64,000 bases of DNA from Burkholderiales bacterium (lineage in GTDB: Bacteria; Pseudomonadota; Gammaproteobacteria; Burkholderiales; Burkholderiaceae_C). The translations under genes were made by a program, and so were the position numbers. The notes beneath the pieces were generated by a model that worked only from the letters and a program-made list of their open reading frames with translations, did no database searches and was not told the DNA's origin. Each line of letters begins with the position of its first letter. Within the stretch, counting starts at the first letter, position 1. This document shows, one piece after another, positions 8,580-17,388 of the stretch. The stretch is taken from positions 221 through 64,220 of the forward strand of contig CANFXR010000003.1 of assembly GCA_947451035.1 (NCBI GenBank), in the 5' to 3' direction.

Positions 8580-9572
8580 ATGCGCGCCGCCGTGTCACCC
8601 CTTCGAAAGCGCGCCAAGGGTGCGCCGTCGAAGGCGCACGCCTATCGCTTCGAGTTCGATGCGATGTCCAGCGTGTGCGAGATCCGTCTCGACGACGCAC
8701 GCGGTGAAGGCGAGCCGGTGCTGGCGCTGGCGGCCGAACAGGCCATCAGCGAGGTGCGTCGCATCGAGGTGGCGTTTTCGCGCTACCGCGCCGACAGCAT
8801 CGTGTCGCGCATCAACGCGGCAGCGGGCGGGCCTGACGTGGTGGGGGTGGACGACGAGACCGCCTCGCTGCTGAACTTTGCGGCGCAGCTGCATGCGTTC
8901 AGCGACGGGCTGTTCGACATCACCTCCGGCGTGCTGCGCCGGGTCTGGGATTTCAAGGCGCAGCGCGTTCCTGATGAGGCGGCGCTGCAGCAGGTGCTGC
9001 CACTGATCGGCTGGTCGCAGGTGGAGTGGACGGGTCAGACGATCCGGCTGCCGCGGGCGGGCATGGAGGTCGACTTCGGCGGCTTCGGCAAGGAATACGC
9101 CGCCGACCGCGCGATGGCGGTGCTGCACGCCACCGGCCAGCGCCACGGCTACGTGAACCTGGGTGGCGACATCCGGGTGCTCGGGCCGCGTGCCGACGGC
9201 AGCGCGTGGCGCTTCGGCATCCAGCACCCGCGCCACGACGAGGGCACGATCGCCAGCGTCGAGTTGCGCGAGGGCGCGCTGGCCACCAGCGGCGACTACG
9301 AGCGTTACTTCGAGCAGGCGGGCCGGCGCTATTGCCACATCCTCGATCCACACACCGGCTGGCCGGTGACCCACTGGGCCAGCGTCAGTGTGACGGCACC
9401 GGCTTGCGTGGCGGCCGGCGCGCTCACCACGATCGCCATGCTCAAGGGCGCCTCGGCGCCCGAATTTCTCGCTGCCCAGGCCGCCACCGGCCTGGTCGTC
9501 GATACCGCGATGCGCAGCACGCGCATCGGCGCCGAGCACGACCGGCGCATCACCCAAGGAGAACAAGAATGA
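8580..9572 (+). CDS. apbE: FAD:protein FMN transferase (ApbE family)
   Basis: ApbE-type motifs are present (FSRYRADSIVSRIN, GLFDITSG, VDFGGFGKEYAADRA, NLGGDIRV, ATSGDYERYF, HILDP). No recognisable signal peptide or lipobox. Confidence 0.85.
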   Translation: MRAAVSPLRKRAKGAPSKAHAYRFEFDAMSSVCEIRLDDARGEGEPVLALAAEQAISEVRRIEVAFSRYRADSIVSRINAAAGGPDVVGVDDETASLLNFAAQLHAFSDGLFDITSGVLRRVWDFKAQRVPDEAALQQVLPLIGWSQVEWTGQTIRLPRAGMEVDFGGFGKEYAADRAMAVLHATGQRHGYVNLGGDIRVLGPRADGSAWRFGIQHPRHDEGTIASVELREGALATSGDYERYFEQAGRRYCHILDPHTGWPVTHWASVSVTAPACVAAGALTTIAMLKGASAPEFLAAQAATGLVVDTAMRSTRIGAEHDRRITQGEQE

Positions 9573-11419
9573 ACCTTCCACGATGGGCCCAGTGCCTGAG
9601 CGTGACCGCGGCCGCGCTGCTGTTCGCAGCCGTGTCGGGCGCCCCGGCGCTGGCCGGCGAGCCCGACTTTCTGGACCCGGCGCAGGCCTTCGTGGGCAGC
9701 GCCCGTGTGGGCAACGCGAAGACCGTGGAGCTGCGCATCGACGTCGCGCCGGAGTACCACCTCTACCGCGATCGCATCAGCGTCGAGGCCGAAGGGGCCG
9801 GTGCCACGCTGGGCGAAGTGGCCATTCCTGCGGGCAAGGTCGAGTTCGACACGAACTTCAACAAGAACGTCGAGGTGCTGCACGGCGCGTTGCTGATCCG
9901 CGTGCCGGTGCAGCCCACGGGCCGTGACTTCCGCTTGCGCGTGGTCTACCAGGGCTGCGCCGACAAGGGGCTGTGCTACCCGCCGCAAACCGCCTTCGTG
10001 AATGCCGACGCGCGCGACGGCCAGCTGCTGCGCGCGCAGTGGCAAGGCGAGGACGCCGCACCGGTCACCGTCTCGGACGTGGCTGTCGTGGTCGCGCCAG
10101 CGGTCGATGCCGCACCGGTGTCGCAAACCGCGAAGGTCGAGTCGGCACTCAAGTCGGGCAGCTTGCTCACCATCGCCGGCGTGTTTCTGGTGGCCGGCTT
10201 GCTGCTCGCCTTCACGCCTTGCGTGCTGCCGATGGTGCCCATCCTGTCTTCGATCATCGTGGGGCAGGGCGCACCGGTTTCGCGCACACGGGGCTTTGCG
10301 ATGGCGCTGGCCTATTCGCTGGGCATGGCGCTGGTCTACACCGCGTTCGGTGTGGTCGCCGGTCTGCTCGGCGAGGGGCTGGCCGCGGCGCTGCAAAACC
10401 CCTGGGTGCTGGGTGCTTTCGCGCTGATGCTGGCCACGCTGTCGCTGTCGATGTTCGGCGTGTTCGAGCTCCAAATGCCCAGCTTCATCCAAAGCCGCAT
10501 CACCGAGAGCTCGAGCCGTCTGCCCGGCGGCAAGTTCATGGGCGTGTTCGTCATGGGTGGCTTGTCGGCGCTGATCGTGGGCCCGTGCGTGGCCGCGCCG
10601 CTGGCCGGTGCACTGGTGTTCATCAGCCAGACGCGCGACGTCGTCATCGGCGGGCTGGCGCTGTTCAGTCTGGCCATGGGCATGAGCGTGCCGCTGCTGC
10701 TGGTGGGCGTGTCGGCGGGCTCGCTGCTGCCGCGCGCCGGCAGCTGGATGGAAGGCGTCAAGACCTTCTTCGGCGTGATGCTGTTGGGGGTGGCGCTGTG
10801 GATCGTCTCGCCGGTGCTGCCGGTGTGGGTGGTGATGTTGATCATCGGCAGCGGCTTGCTGGTCGCTGCGATCTACCTCAAGCTGTTTGACCGGCTGGCC
10901 GACACCGCTTCGGGCCGCCAGCGACTGGCCAAGGGCGCCGCGCTGGTGCTCGCCGTGCTGGGCGCCACGCAGGTGGTGGGCGCGCTGTCGGGCGGTGACA
11001 ACCCGCTGCAGCCGCTGGGGCATTTCGCTCGCGGCCCGAGCGCGGGTCCGGCCGCAACGCAGGCCACCAGCTTTCGGCGCATCCGCACCGTGGCCGAACT
11101 CGAGGCCGCGCTGAAGGTGACCGACCGTCCCGTGATGCTCGACTTCTATGCCGACTGGTGCGTGTCGTGCAAGGAAATGGAACACCTGACCTTCAGCCAT
11201 CCGACGGTGCAGCCTCGCATGGCCAACGCGCTGCTGCTGCAAGCCGACGTGACCGACAACTCGGCCGACGCCAAGGCGCTGCTCAAGCGCTTCGGGCTGT
11301 TCGGCCCGCCGGGCGTGCTGTTCTTCGACAAGCATGGCCGCGAGCAGGCCAACGCCCGCGTGGTCGGCTTCGTGCCGGCGCTGGGGTTTATCGCGTCGCT
11401 GGGGGCGGTCGGGCTGTAA
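9569..11419 (+). CDS. dsbD: Thiol:disulfide interchange protein DsbD
   Basis: The ATG overlaps the apbE stop (ATGA). Signal peptide and N-terminal DsbD-alpha domain (YQGCADKGLCYPP). Central multi-TM domain with CVLP and GPCVAAP. C-terminal thioredoxin domain with WCVSCK. Confidence 0.9.
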   Translation: MNLPRWAQCLSVTAAALLFAAVSGAPALAGEPDFLDPAQAFVGSARVGNAKTVELRIDVAPEYHLYRDRISVEAEGAGATLGEVAIPAGKVEFDTNFNKNVEVLHGALLIRVPVQPTGRDFRLRVVYQGCADKGLCYPPQTAFVNADARDGQLLRAQWQGEDAAPVTVSDVAVVVAPAVDAAPVSQTAKVESALKSGSLLTIAGVFLVAGLLLAFTPCVLPMVPILSSIIVGQGAPVSRTRGFAMALAYSLGMALVYTAFGVVAGLLGEGLAAALQNPWVLGAFALMLATLSLSMFGVFELQMPSFIQSRITESSSRLPGGKFMGVFVMGGLSALIVGPCVAAPLAGALVFISQTRDVVIGGLALFSLAMGMSVPLLLVGVSAGSLLPRAGSWMEGVKTFFGVMLLGVALWIVSPVLPVWVVMLIIGSGLLVAAIYLKLFDRLADTASGRQRLAKGAALVLAVLGATQVVGALSGGDNPLQPLGHFARGPSAGPAATQATSFRRIRTVAELEAALKVTDRPVMLDFYADWCVSCKEMEHLTFSHPTVQPRMANALLLQADVTDNSADAKALLKRFGLFGPPGVLFFDKHGREQANARVVGFVPALGFIASLGAVGL

Positions 11420-11470
11420 CGCACGGATTTCGCCTGTCACAGGGCGCGGCCACAATCAGTTCCCGGTCGT

Positions 11471-11511
11471 GATGGCCTGCAAGGTTCTGCCTTGCAGGCC
11501 ATCGTGATTTT
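11471..11511 (+). terminator. Rho-independent terminator after dsbD
   Basis: Perfect 14-bp stem (gatggcctgcaagg / ccttgcaggccatc), a 5-nt loop, then gtgatttt. Confidence 0.8.
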
Positions 11512-11543
11512 CGGGCCCGCCATTCACTCTGCGCAGTACACAG

Positions 11544-12440
11544 ATGAGCATCTCCGCCACCTCGAACTCCCATGAACGCGGCTTGCAGGTGGCCGTGGCC
11601 TTCTGCCTGCTCGATGTGTGCCTGACGGGGGGCGCGGCGTTTGCCTCGACCTCGCTCACCATCATGAGCGACCTGCTCAAGGAGTCGACTGACTTCCTGG
11701 CCGTGCTGGCGGCGTACCTCACGGTGCGCGCGGTGCGTCGCGCACCCGACGAGCGCTACGGCTACGGCATCGGCAAGCTCGAGAACCTGGTCAGCATGGC
11801 CATCGCCGTGGCGATGGTGGCGTGCGCGGGGTTCATCCTGATACAGGCGTCGCATCACCTGCGCGATCCGCAGCCCACCGAAGGCACGCTGCCCGGCATC
11901 GTGATCTTCTCGACCTATGCGGCGATCGGTTTCGGCATCTCGTTGCGCAACCGGCTCGAGCTGCGCAAGCGCGAGTCGGCGATCCTCGAATCACAGGCCC
12001 AGCTGTGGTTTTCCAAGGCGTGCTTCGACGCGCTGATGGCGCTCACGCTGATCACGCAGGTGGTGTGCCACGGGCAGCGCTGGAGCTTGTATCTGGATCC
12101 GATCGCGTCGCTGCTCGGCGTATTTTTCCTGCTGCACGCGGCCTGGGCGATCACCAGTTCATCGGTGGGTGACCTGCTCGATGCCAGCCTGTCCGAGCAC
12201 CTCCAGTTGCGCATCCTGCGCCAGCTGGTCGAGCGCTTCGACGACTACGACCGGCTGCACAAGATCCGCACCCGGCGCTCCGGGCCTCACGTGTACGTCG
12301 AAGTCTTTTTGCAGTTCGACCCCGCGCTGCTGATGCGCGAAGTGCAAAACCGCATCAACGCGATTGCCGCCCAGATCACCCGCGAGATTCCCGGCACGCA
12401 GGTGGTCATCGTGCCGTCGTGCGAGGCCCCTGCGGACTGA
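11544..12440 (+). CDS. Cation diffusion facilitator (CDF) family transporter
   Basis: Six-TM N-terminal part with CDF-like TM1/TM2 (ASTSLTIMSDLLKESTDF) and a cytoplasmic C-terminal domain (YVEVFLQFDP...). Confidence 0.75.
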   Translation: MSISATSNSHERGLQVAVAFCLLDVCLTGGAAFASTSLTIMSDLLKESTDFLAVLAAYLTVRAVRRAPDERYGYGIGKLENLVSMAIAVAMVACAGFILIQASHHLRDPQPTEGTLPGIVIFSTYAAIGFGISLRNRLELRKRESAILESQAQLWFSKACFDALMALTLITQVVCHGQRWSLYLDPIASLLGVFFLLHAAWAITSSSVGDLLDASLSEHLQLRILRQLVERFDDYDRLHKIRTRRSGPHVYVEVFLQFDPALLMREVQNRINAIAAQITREIPGTQVVIVPSCEAPAD

Positions 12441-12473
12441 GGGCGCACGCCGCCCGGGCCGGCCGCTGAACGA

Positions 12474-12689
12474 TCAGGGCGGGTCCGCGAGCAGCGACAT
12501 CACCAGCGTGTGGTAAGCCTCCCGCTCGGCCGTGGAACGTTGCTCGGGCGTGAGTTTCTCGCCGGCCAGGATGCGGCGCGACACCTGGGCCTGTGCGTCG
12601 CGCATGGCCTGCTGCTGGAGTTCTTGCGGGATGCGCCGGGCCTTGGCGGTCAGGCCATTGAGGGCGGTGGGAACGCTGTTGATGCCCAT
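12474..12689 (-). CDS. Hypothetical small protein (71 aa)
   Basis: ATG-started ORF in an otherwise empty gap downstream of the OlsB-like gene. Only a weak SD and no recognisable motifs. Confidence 0.3.
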   Translation of the reverse strand: MGINSVPTALNGLTAKARRIPQELQQQAMRDAQAQVSRRILAGEKLTPEQRSTAEREAYHTLVMSLLADPP

Positions 12690-12789
12690 CGAGAAGCTGC
12701 CTTGTGTGAGCGTGTGCGGCTCGACCTGACAACCTCGCGCTGACAGGCCGGCCGGGCCGGATTTTGCCCTCGCCGCGCCGCTGACTCGC

Positions 12790-13653
12790 TCACTCGCCGA
12801 GAAAGTGCTTGCGGTAGCGCGCCGGCAGGTCGTCCAGGCGGATGAGCATGGGCAGATCGGCGGTGTTGAATTCCGGGTCCCAGGCCGGTGGCCCCAGCAC
12901 CTTGGCGCCGCAGCGCAGGTAACCCTTGATCAGCGCGGGCGGCTCGACCGGCAGATCGCAGCGCAGCTGGTCGACCGGCAGCGGCAGGCGCGGACGAACC
13001 TGCCAGTCGATGGGTGCCAGGTGGGTGGCGCTCAGTTGCGTCCACAGGCTGGCGGCCACGTGGCCACCATCGCGCATGCCCACGCTGGCGCAGCCGATCA
13101 TCGTGTCGAGTTCGTTGCGCTTCATGAAGTCCGCGAGCGCGGCCCACAGCGCGAGGATGGCGCCACCCGATCGCCAGTCCGGGTGCACGCACGAGCGGCC
13201 CAGTTCGGCGATGCGCGTGCGCATCGCGCGCAGACGGGTCAGGTCGAATTCGGTCTCGCTGTACAGGCCGCCCACGCGCTTGGCCGCGGCCGGTGTCAGC
13301 ACGCGGTAGGTGCCGATCACGGGGCCGGGCTCGCCATCGGTGCTCACGCGCAGCAGCAGGTGTTCGCAGTGGTCGTCGAACAGGTCGGCGTCGTGGCCGC
13401 TGGGCGTGCCGGACGGCACCGACACGCGCGCACCCATTTCCTCGACGAACACGCGGTGGCGCAGTTGCTGTGCCAGTCGCACTTCATCGAGGTTGCGTGC
13501 CCACACGGCTTCGAAGGTGACGGGCGCGGTGCGGGCCCGCGGTTGCCGGTGCATGACCGGATGGGACGCCACCTGCACCGGGATGGAGCGGAACGGGTTC
13601 TTGCTCGGACGCAGATCGAACAGCGGCAGGGTGGGCATGGGCACGTCCCTCAT
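12790..13653 (-). CDS. GNAT-family lipid N-acyltransferase, OlsB-like (ornithine/amino-lipid synthesis)
   Basis: ATG at 13653 is preceded by AAGGAGAA. Typical OlsB/hemolysin-like GNAT motifs are present (LRHRVFVEEMGA, YRVL, SETEFDL, ELGRSCVHPDWR). Confidence 0.7.
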   Translation of the reverse strand: MRDVPMPTLPLFDLRPSKNPFRSIPVQVASHPVMHRQPRARTAPVTFEAVWARNLDEVRLAQQLRHRVFVEEMGARVSVPSGTPSGHDADLFDDHCEHLLLRVSTDGEPGPVIGTYRVLTPAAAKRVGGLYSETEFDLTRLRAMRTRIAELGRSCVHPDWRSGGAILALWAALADFMKRNELDTMIGCASVGMRDGGHVAASLWTQLSATHLAPIDWQVRPRLPLPVDQLRCDLPVEPPALIKGYLRCGAKVLGPPAWDPEFNTADLPMLIRLDDLPARYRKHFLGE

Positions 13654-13703
13654 CAACTTCTCCTTGGGTTTGGGAGATGCTCGGCGCCGCCGATGAATTC
13701 CCC

Positions 13704-13732
13704 GTGACGGTTTCTTGACGAAGCCGTGACAG
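13704..13732 (-). promoter_or_regulatory. Pho-box-like array (three 7-mers at 11-bp spacing) facing the OlsB-like gene
   Basis: The minus strand reads CTGTCAC-ggct-TCGTCAA-gaaa-CCGTCAC, against the consensus CTGTCAT-n4-CTGTCAT. It lies 51 nt upstream of the ATG. Confidence 0.5.
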
Positions 13733-13769
13733 TGGCGCGAATGAGGCGGCACGCGCGCGGCAGTTGCTG

Positions 13770-13787
13770 GTGTCAACAGCCTGTCAT
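13770..13787 (+). promoter_or_regulatory. Pho-box-like direct repeat facing the PlcP/LpxH-like gene
   Basis: GTGTCAA-cagc-CTGTCAT. The second half-site matches 7/7. Confidence 0.5.
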
Positions 13788-13811
13788 CTCGCGGCGTGAC
13801 GATGAGCGCCC

Positions 13812-14696
13812 ATGCACACACCTCCCGCCAGCATGGACGACGCCAACAAGGATGCAACCCTGGACGTGCGCACGGTCTGGATCTCGGACCTGCACCTGGG
13901 CACGCCGGGCTGCCAGGCGACCGCGCTGCTCGAATTCCTGCGCACCACCGAATGCCAGACGCTGTATCTGGTGGGCGACATCATCGACGGCTGGCAACTG
14001 CGCCGCTCCTGGTACTGGCCGCAAAGCCACAACGACGTGGTGCAAAAGATCTTGCGCAAGGCACGCAAGGGCACACGCGTGATCTTCGTGCCCGGCAACC
14101 ACGATGAATTTGCGCGCCGCTATGTGGCGCACAACTTCGGTGGCGTGGACATCGTCGAGGAATGCGTGCACACGCTGGCCGACGGTCGCCGCCTGTGGAT
14201 CACTCACGGCGACTTGTTCGACGGCGTGATCCAGTGCGCCAAGTGGCTGGCCTATGCGGGCGACGCCGCCTATGAATTCACGCTCAAGCTGAACCGCCGC
14301 TTCAATGCGGCGCGCGCGAGGCTCGGTCTGCCGTACTGGAGCTTGTCGCGCTTCTTGAAGCTCAAGGTCAAGCGTGCGGTCAGCTACATGGGCGACTTCG
14401 AGGCCGCGCTGGCCGCCGAGGCGCGCAAACGCGGCCTCGACGGCGTCGTGTGCGGGCACATCCACCACGCCGAGATCCGCCAGGTCGACGGGGTGCTGTA
14501 CTGCAACGACGGCGACTGGGTTGAAAGCCTCACCGCGCTGGTCGAGCACCACGACGGGCGGCTCGAAATCATCGACCACAGCGCCGAGGCGCAGCACAGC
14601 GTGGCGCCAGCCCAAGCGCCCCGATCCACCCCCGCGCTGCAGCCTTTGCCCAGCGGTGTGGCGATCGGTCGCATCGAGATCTCGCCGGGCTCCTGA
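13812..14696 (+). CDS. LpxH-family metallophosphoesterase, PlcP-like (phospholipase C of lipid renovation) or UDP-2,3-diacylglucosamine diphosphatase paralog
   Basis: Metallophosphoesterase motifs are present (ISDLHLG, VGDIIDGW, GNHDE, THGD, GHIH), as is the WYWPQSHNDVVQK block typical of this subfamily. An alternative start is ATG 13833. Confidence 0.7.
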   Translation: MHTPPASMDDANKDATLDVRTVWISDLHLGTPGCQATALLEFLRTTECQTLYLVGDIIDGWQLRRSWYWPQSHNDVVQKILRKARKGTRVIFVPGNHDEFARRYVAHNFGGVDIVEECVHTLADGRRLWITHGDLFDGVIQCAKWLAYAGDAAYEFTLKLNRRFNAARARLGLPYWSLSRFLKLKVKRAVSYMGDFEAALAAEARKRGLDGVVCGHIHHAEIRQVDGVLYCNDGDWVESLTALVEHHDGRLEIIDHSAEAQHSVAPAQAPRSTPALQPLPSGVAIGRIEISPGS

Positions 14697-14750
14697 GCTC
14701 GCGCGCCCATGCGGCGAGCGGGTTGCCCCGCTCGCGCAAATCGCGCGCCG

Positions 14751-15617
14751 TCAGGCCGCAGGGCCCTGCTGCATCAGCGCTTGCCCCATGCGGATGCGCT
14801 GACCGGTGGTGATGCCCTCGCACAAGCTGAACCCGGGCGGGGCGAACACCAGGATGGTCGAGCCGTGCTGGAACCAGCCCATCTCCTGACCCTTGGCAAA
14901 GCGGGCCTGGCAGGCGATCTCGTTCGCGCCCCGGTAGCGCAGGTGCAGCAGCACATCCAGAAAGTGCAGCCGGATGCTGGCCACCAGGATGGCGGCCACC
15001 GGCACCAGCGCGATGGGCTGGCCGCCGCGCTGCAGCCGCAGCCGCAGCACGGCGCGCTCGTTCTTGCAAAACAGCTGCTCGACACGCGCCAGCGCGATCG
15101 GGTTGACGTTCCAGGTGTCACCACTCAGGTAGCTCAGGTGCTCGACGTCGCAGTCCTGCGGCGCATGGAAGCGGTGGTACATCGCCGAGGTCAGCCGCAA
15201 GGTCACGTAGGTTCCGTTGCGGAACGCGCTGGTGTCTTGCGTGGGCCCGAACAGGTCCTTGATCGCGTACGGAAAGCCCTTGGCCTGGAACACCTGGCCG
15301 TCTTCAACCTGCCCGCACGCGCCGACTATCGCGTCACACGGGCTGCTCAGGATGTCGGTGCGCGCATCGATCGTGCGCGCACCGTCCTTGAGTTCGCGCG
15401 TGAAGCAATCGTGCAGACTGGCAAAGCGCTGCTGACGCGCGTCGCTGAGGTCCAGGTCGGTGAACAGCCGCCACACCGCGATCGACGCGCTGGCCACCCA
15501 CGGGTGACGGATCTGGCTGAACCAGCCCATCGCGCGCGTGAGCAGCATGCGCGGAACGCGGTTGGTCAGCAGGAAATTGAGGTCTTCGTTGGCGACGATT
15601 CTGCGCAGCGGATTCAT
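14751..15617 (-). CDS. Phosphatidylserine decarboxylase-related (pyruvoyl-dependent) protein
   Basis: Psd-family pattern with a G-S-T self-cleavage site (FQHGSTILVF) near the C-terminus. ATG 15617; an in-frame GTG at 15626 is also possible. Confidence 0.7.
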   Translation of the reverse strand: MNPLRRIVANEDLNFLLTNRVPRMLLTRAMGWFSQIRHPWVASASIAVWRLFTDLDLSDARQQRFASLHDCFTRELKDGARTIDARTDILSSPCDAIVGACGQVEDGQVFQAKGFPYAIKDLFGPTQDTSAFRNGTYVTLRLTSAMYHRFHAPQDCDVEHLSYLSGDTWNVNPIALARVEQLFCKNERAVLRLRLQRGGQPIALVPVAAILVASIRLHFLDVLLHLRYRGANEIACQARFAKGQEMGWFQHGSTILVFAPPGFSLCEGITTGQRIRMGQALMQQGPAA

Positions 15618-15619
15618 GG

Positions 15620-15637
15620 TTTTCACGGTCCTGTCAA
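15620..15637 (+). promoter_or_regulatory. Pho-box-like direct repeat facing the aminotransferase gene
   Basis: TTTTCAC-ggtc-CTGTCAA, ending 46 nt before ATG 15683. It overlaps the 5' end of the Psd-like gene. Confidence 0.4.
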
Positions 15638-15682
15638 TTGAGGCTAGTAAACAGCGGGTTGGGCATCAACACACACACATTC

Positions 15683-17335
15683 ATGGACGAATCCTTTGCT
15701 CTATCTGCCTTGGCGCTGGGCGTGTTCGCCTGGGCGTTCCCGCGCGCCAAGCAGCGGCTCGAGCTGTCGCGCGCCAAGCACCGCTCGCTGGCCGGCCATT
15801 CGCGCATGGCCAAGCGCGTGGCCGGGCTGGTCCCCGGCTACGCCTACGACGAGGACGACTTTTTCGGGTCTGACGGCGCCAGCGCTGACGTGATCGCCCG
15901 CCGGCGTGCGGGCTTCGAGCAACTGACGCGGCTGTACGACGAGCGTTACCCGCGCAGCGCCGCGATGACCGCCGAGGCGCGCGAGGGCGTGTCCGACTTG
16001 CAGTTCACCAGCAGCTACCGCGTGCCGTTCCAGTACAGCCCGTACCTGCGCCAGCACCTGAAGTCGGGCAGCTTCTTGCAGGCGTCGCACGGCGTGACGG
16101 TCGAAGACCTCGACGGCAACGCGTTCTACGACCTGACCGGCTCGTACGGCGTCAACGTGTTCGGCGTCGACTTCTACAAGGAGTGCATCGACGAGGGCGC
16201 GGCCAACGTGCGCGCGCTCGGCCCGGTGCTCGGTGCGTATCACCCGTGCGTGCTCGACAACGTGCAGCGCCTGAAGGCGATTTCCGGACTCGACGAGGTG
16301 TCGTTCCACATGTCGGGCACCGAAGCCGTGATGCAGGCGGTGCGGCTGGCGCGGTATCACACCGGTCGAACGCACCTGGTGCGCTTTTGCGGCGCGTACC
16401 ACGGCTGGTGGGGCGATGTGCAGCCCGGCCCCGGCAACCCGCTGCCGCCGCGCGAGACCTACACGCTGCGCGACATGCACGACAACGCGCTCAAGGTGCT
16501 GCGCACGAGGCGCGACATCGCCTGCGTGCTGGTCAACCCCTTGCAGGGACTGCACCCGAACGCCGGCGCGCCGGCCGACTCGTCGCTGGTCGACAGCGGC
16601 CGCTGCGCCGGCTTTGACCGCGAGGCCTACACCGCGTGGCTGCGTGAACTGCGCGCGGTGTGCACCGAGCGCGGCATCGTGCTGATCTTCGACGAGGTGT
16701 TCGTGGGCTTTCGGCTCGCGCCGCGCGGCGCGCAGCAGTACTTCGGCGTGGCCGCCGACATGGTGGTCTACGGCAAGACGCTGGGCGGTGGGTTGCCGGT
16801 GGGCGTGGTGTGCGGTCGCGCGGCGCTGATGAAGCGCTTTCGCGAGGACCGCCCGGCCGATCTGTGCTTTGCCCGCGGAACCTTCAACGCCCACCCGTAC
16901 GTCATGGGCGCGATGAACGCGTTTCTCCGACGGCTCGACAGCGCACCCGTGCAGGCGATCTACGACGGCATCGACGCGCGGTGGGAGCAGCGCGCGCAAC
17001 GCTTCAATCAGGCGCTCGAGGCGGCGGGCGTGCCGGTGCGCATCGCGAACCTGCAGTCGATCTGGACGGTGTTCTACACACAGCCCGCGCGCTACAACTG
17101 GATGCTGCAGTTCTACCTGCGGGCACATGGGCTGGCGCTGAGCTGGGTGGGTTCGGGTCGCATCATCTTCAGCCTCAACTACAGCGACGCCGATGTCGCC
17201 GAGGTGCAGCAGCGCTTCGTGGCCGCGGCGCGCGACATGCAGGTCGCCGGCTGGTGGGACGGTGCGGCGACGAGCAACCGCTTGATCCGCCGCGGCATCC
17301 TGCGCGAGATGCTGCAGCGGCGGTTTCGACGCTGA
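15683..17335 (+). CDS. Class-III (GSA-aminomutase-like) PLP aminotransferase with an N-terminal extension of about 130 aa
   Basis: Class-III motifs are present (FHMSGTEAVMQAVRLAR, LIFDEVFVGFR, YGKTLGGGLPVG). The N-terminus has a hydrophobic segment (FALSALALGVFAWAF). Confidence 0.75.
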   Translation: MDESFALSALALGVFAWAFPRAKQRLELSRAKHRSLAGHSRMAKRVAGLVPGYAYDEDDFFGSDGASADVIARRRAGFEQLTRLYDERYPRSAAMTAEAREGVSDLQFTSSYRVPFQYSPYLRQHLKSGSFLQASHGVTVEDLDGNAFYDLTGSYGVNVFGVDFYKECIDEGAANVRALGPVLGAYHPCVLDNVQRLKAISGLDEVSFHMSGTEAVMQAVRLARYHTGRTHLVRFCGAYHGWWGDVQPGPGNPLPPRETYTLRDMHDNALKVLRTRRDIACVLVNPLQGLHPNAGAPADSSLVDSGRCAGFDREAYTAWLRELRAVCTERGIVLIFDEVFVGFRLAPRGAQQYFGVAADMVVYGKTLGGGLPVGVVCGRAALMKRFREDRPADLCFARGTFNAHPYVMGAMNAFLRRLDSAPVQAIYDGIDARWEQRAQRFNQALEAAGVPVRIANLQSIWTVFYTQPARYNWMLQFYLRAHGLALSWVGSGRIIFSLNYSDADVAEVQQRFVAAARDMQVAGWWDGAATSNRLIRRGILREMLQRRFRR

Positions 17336-17388
17336 GCTCAGCCGGCTGACGGCCCACGGGCCGCCGGCCGGCTCACGAGCGCCGAGGC

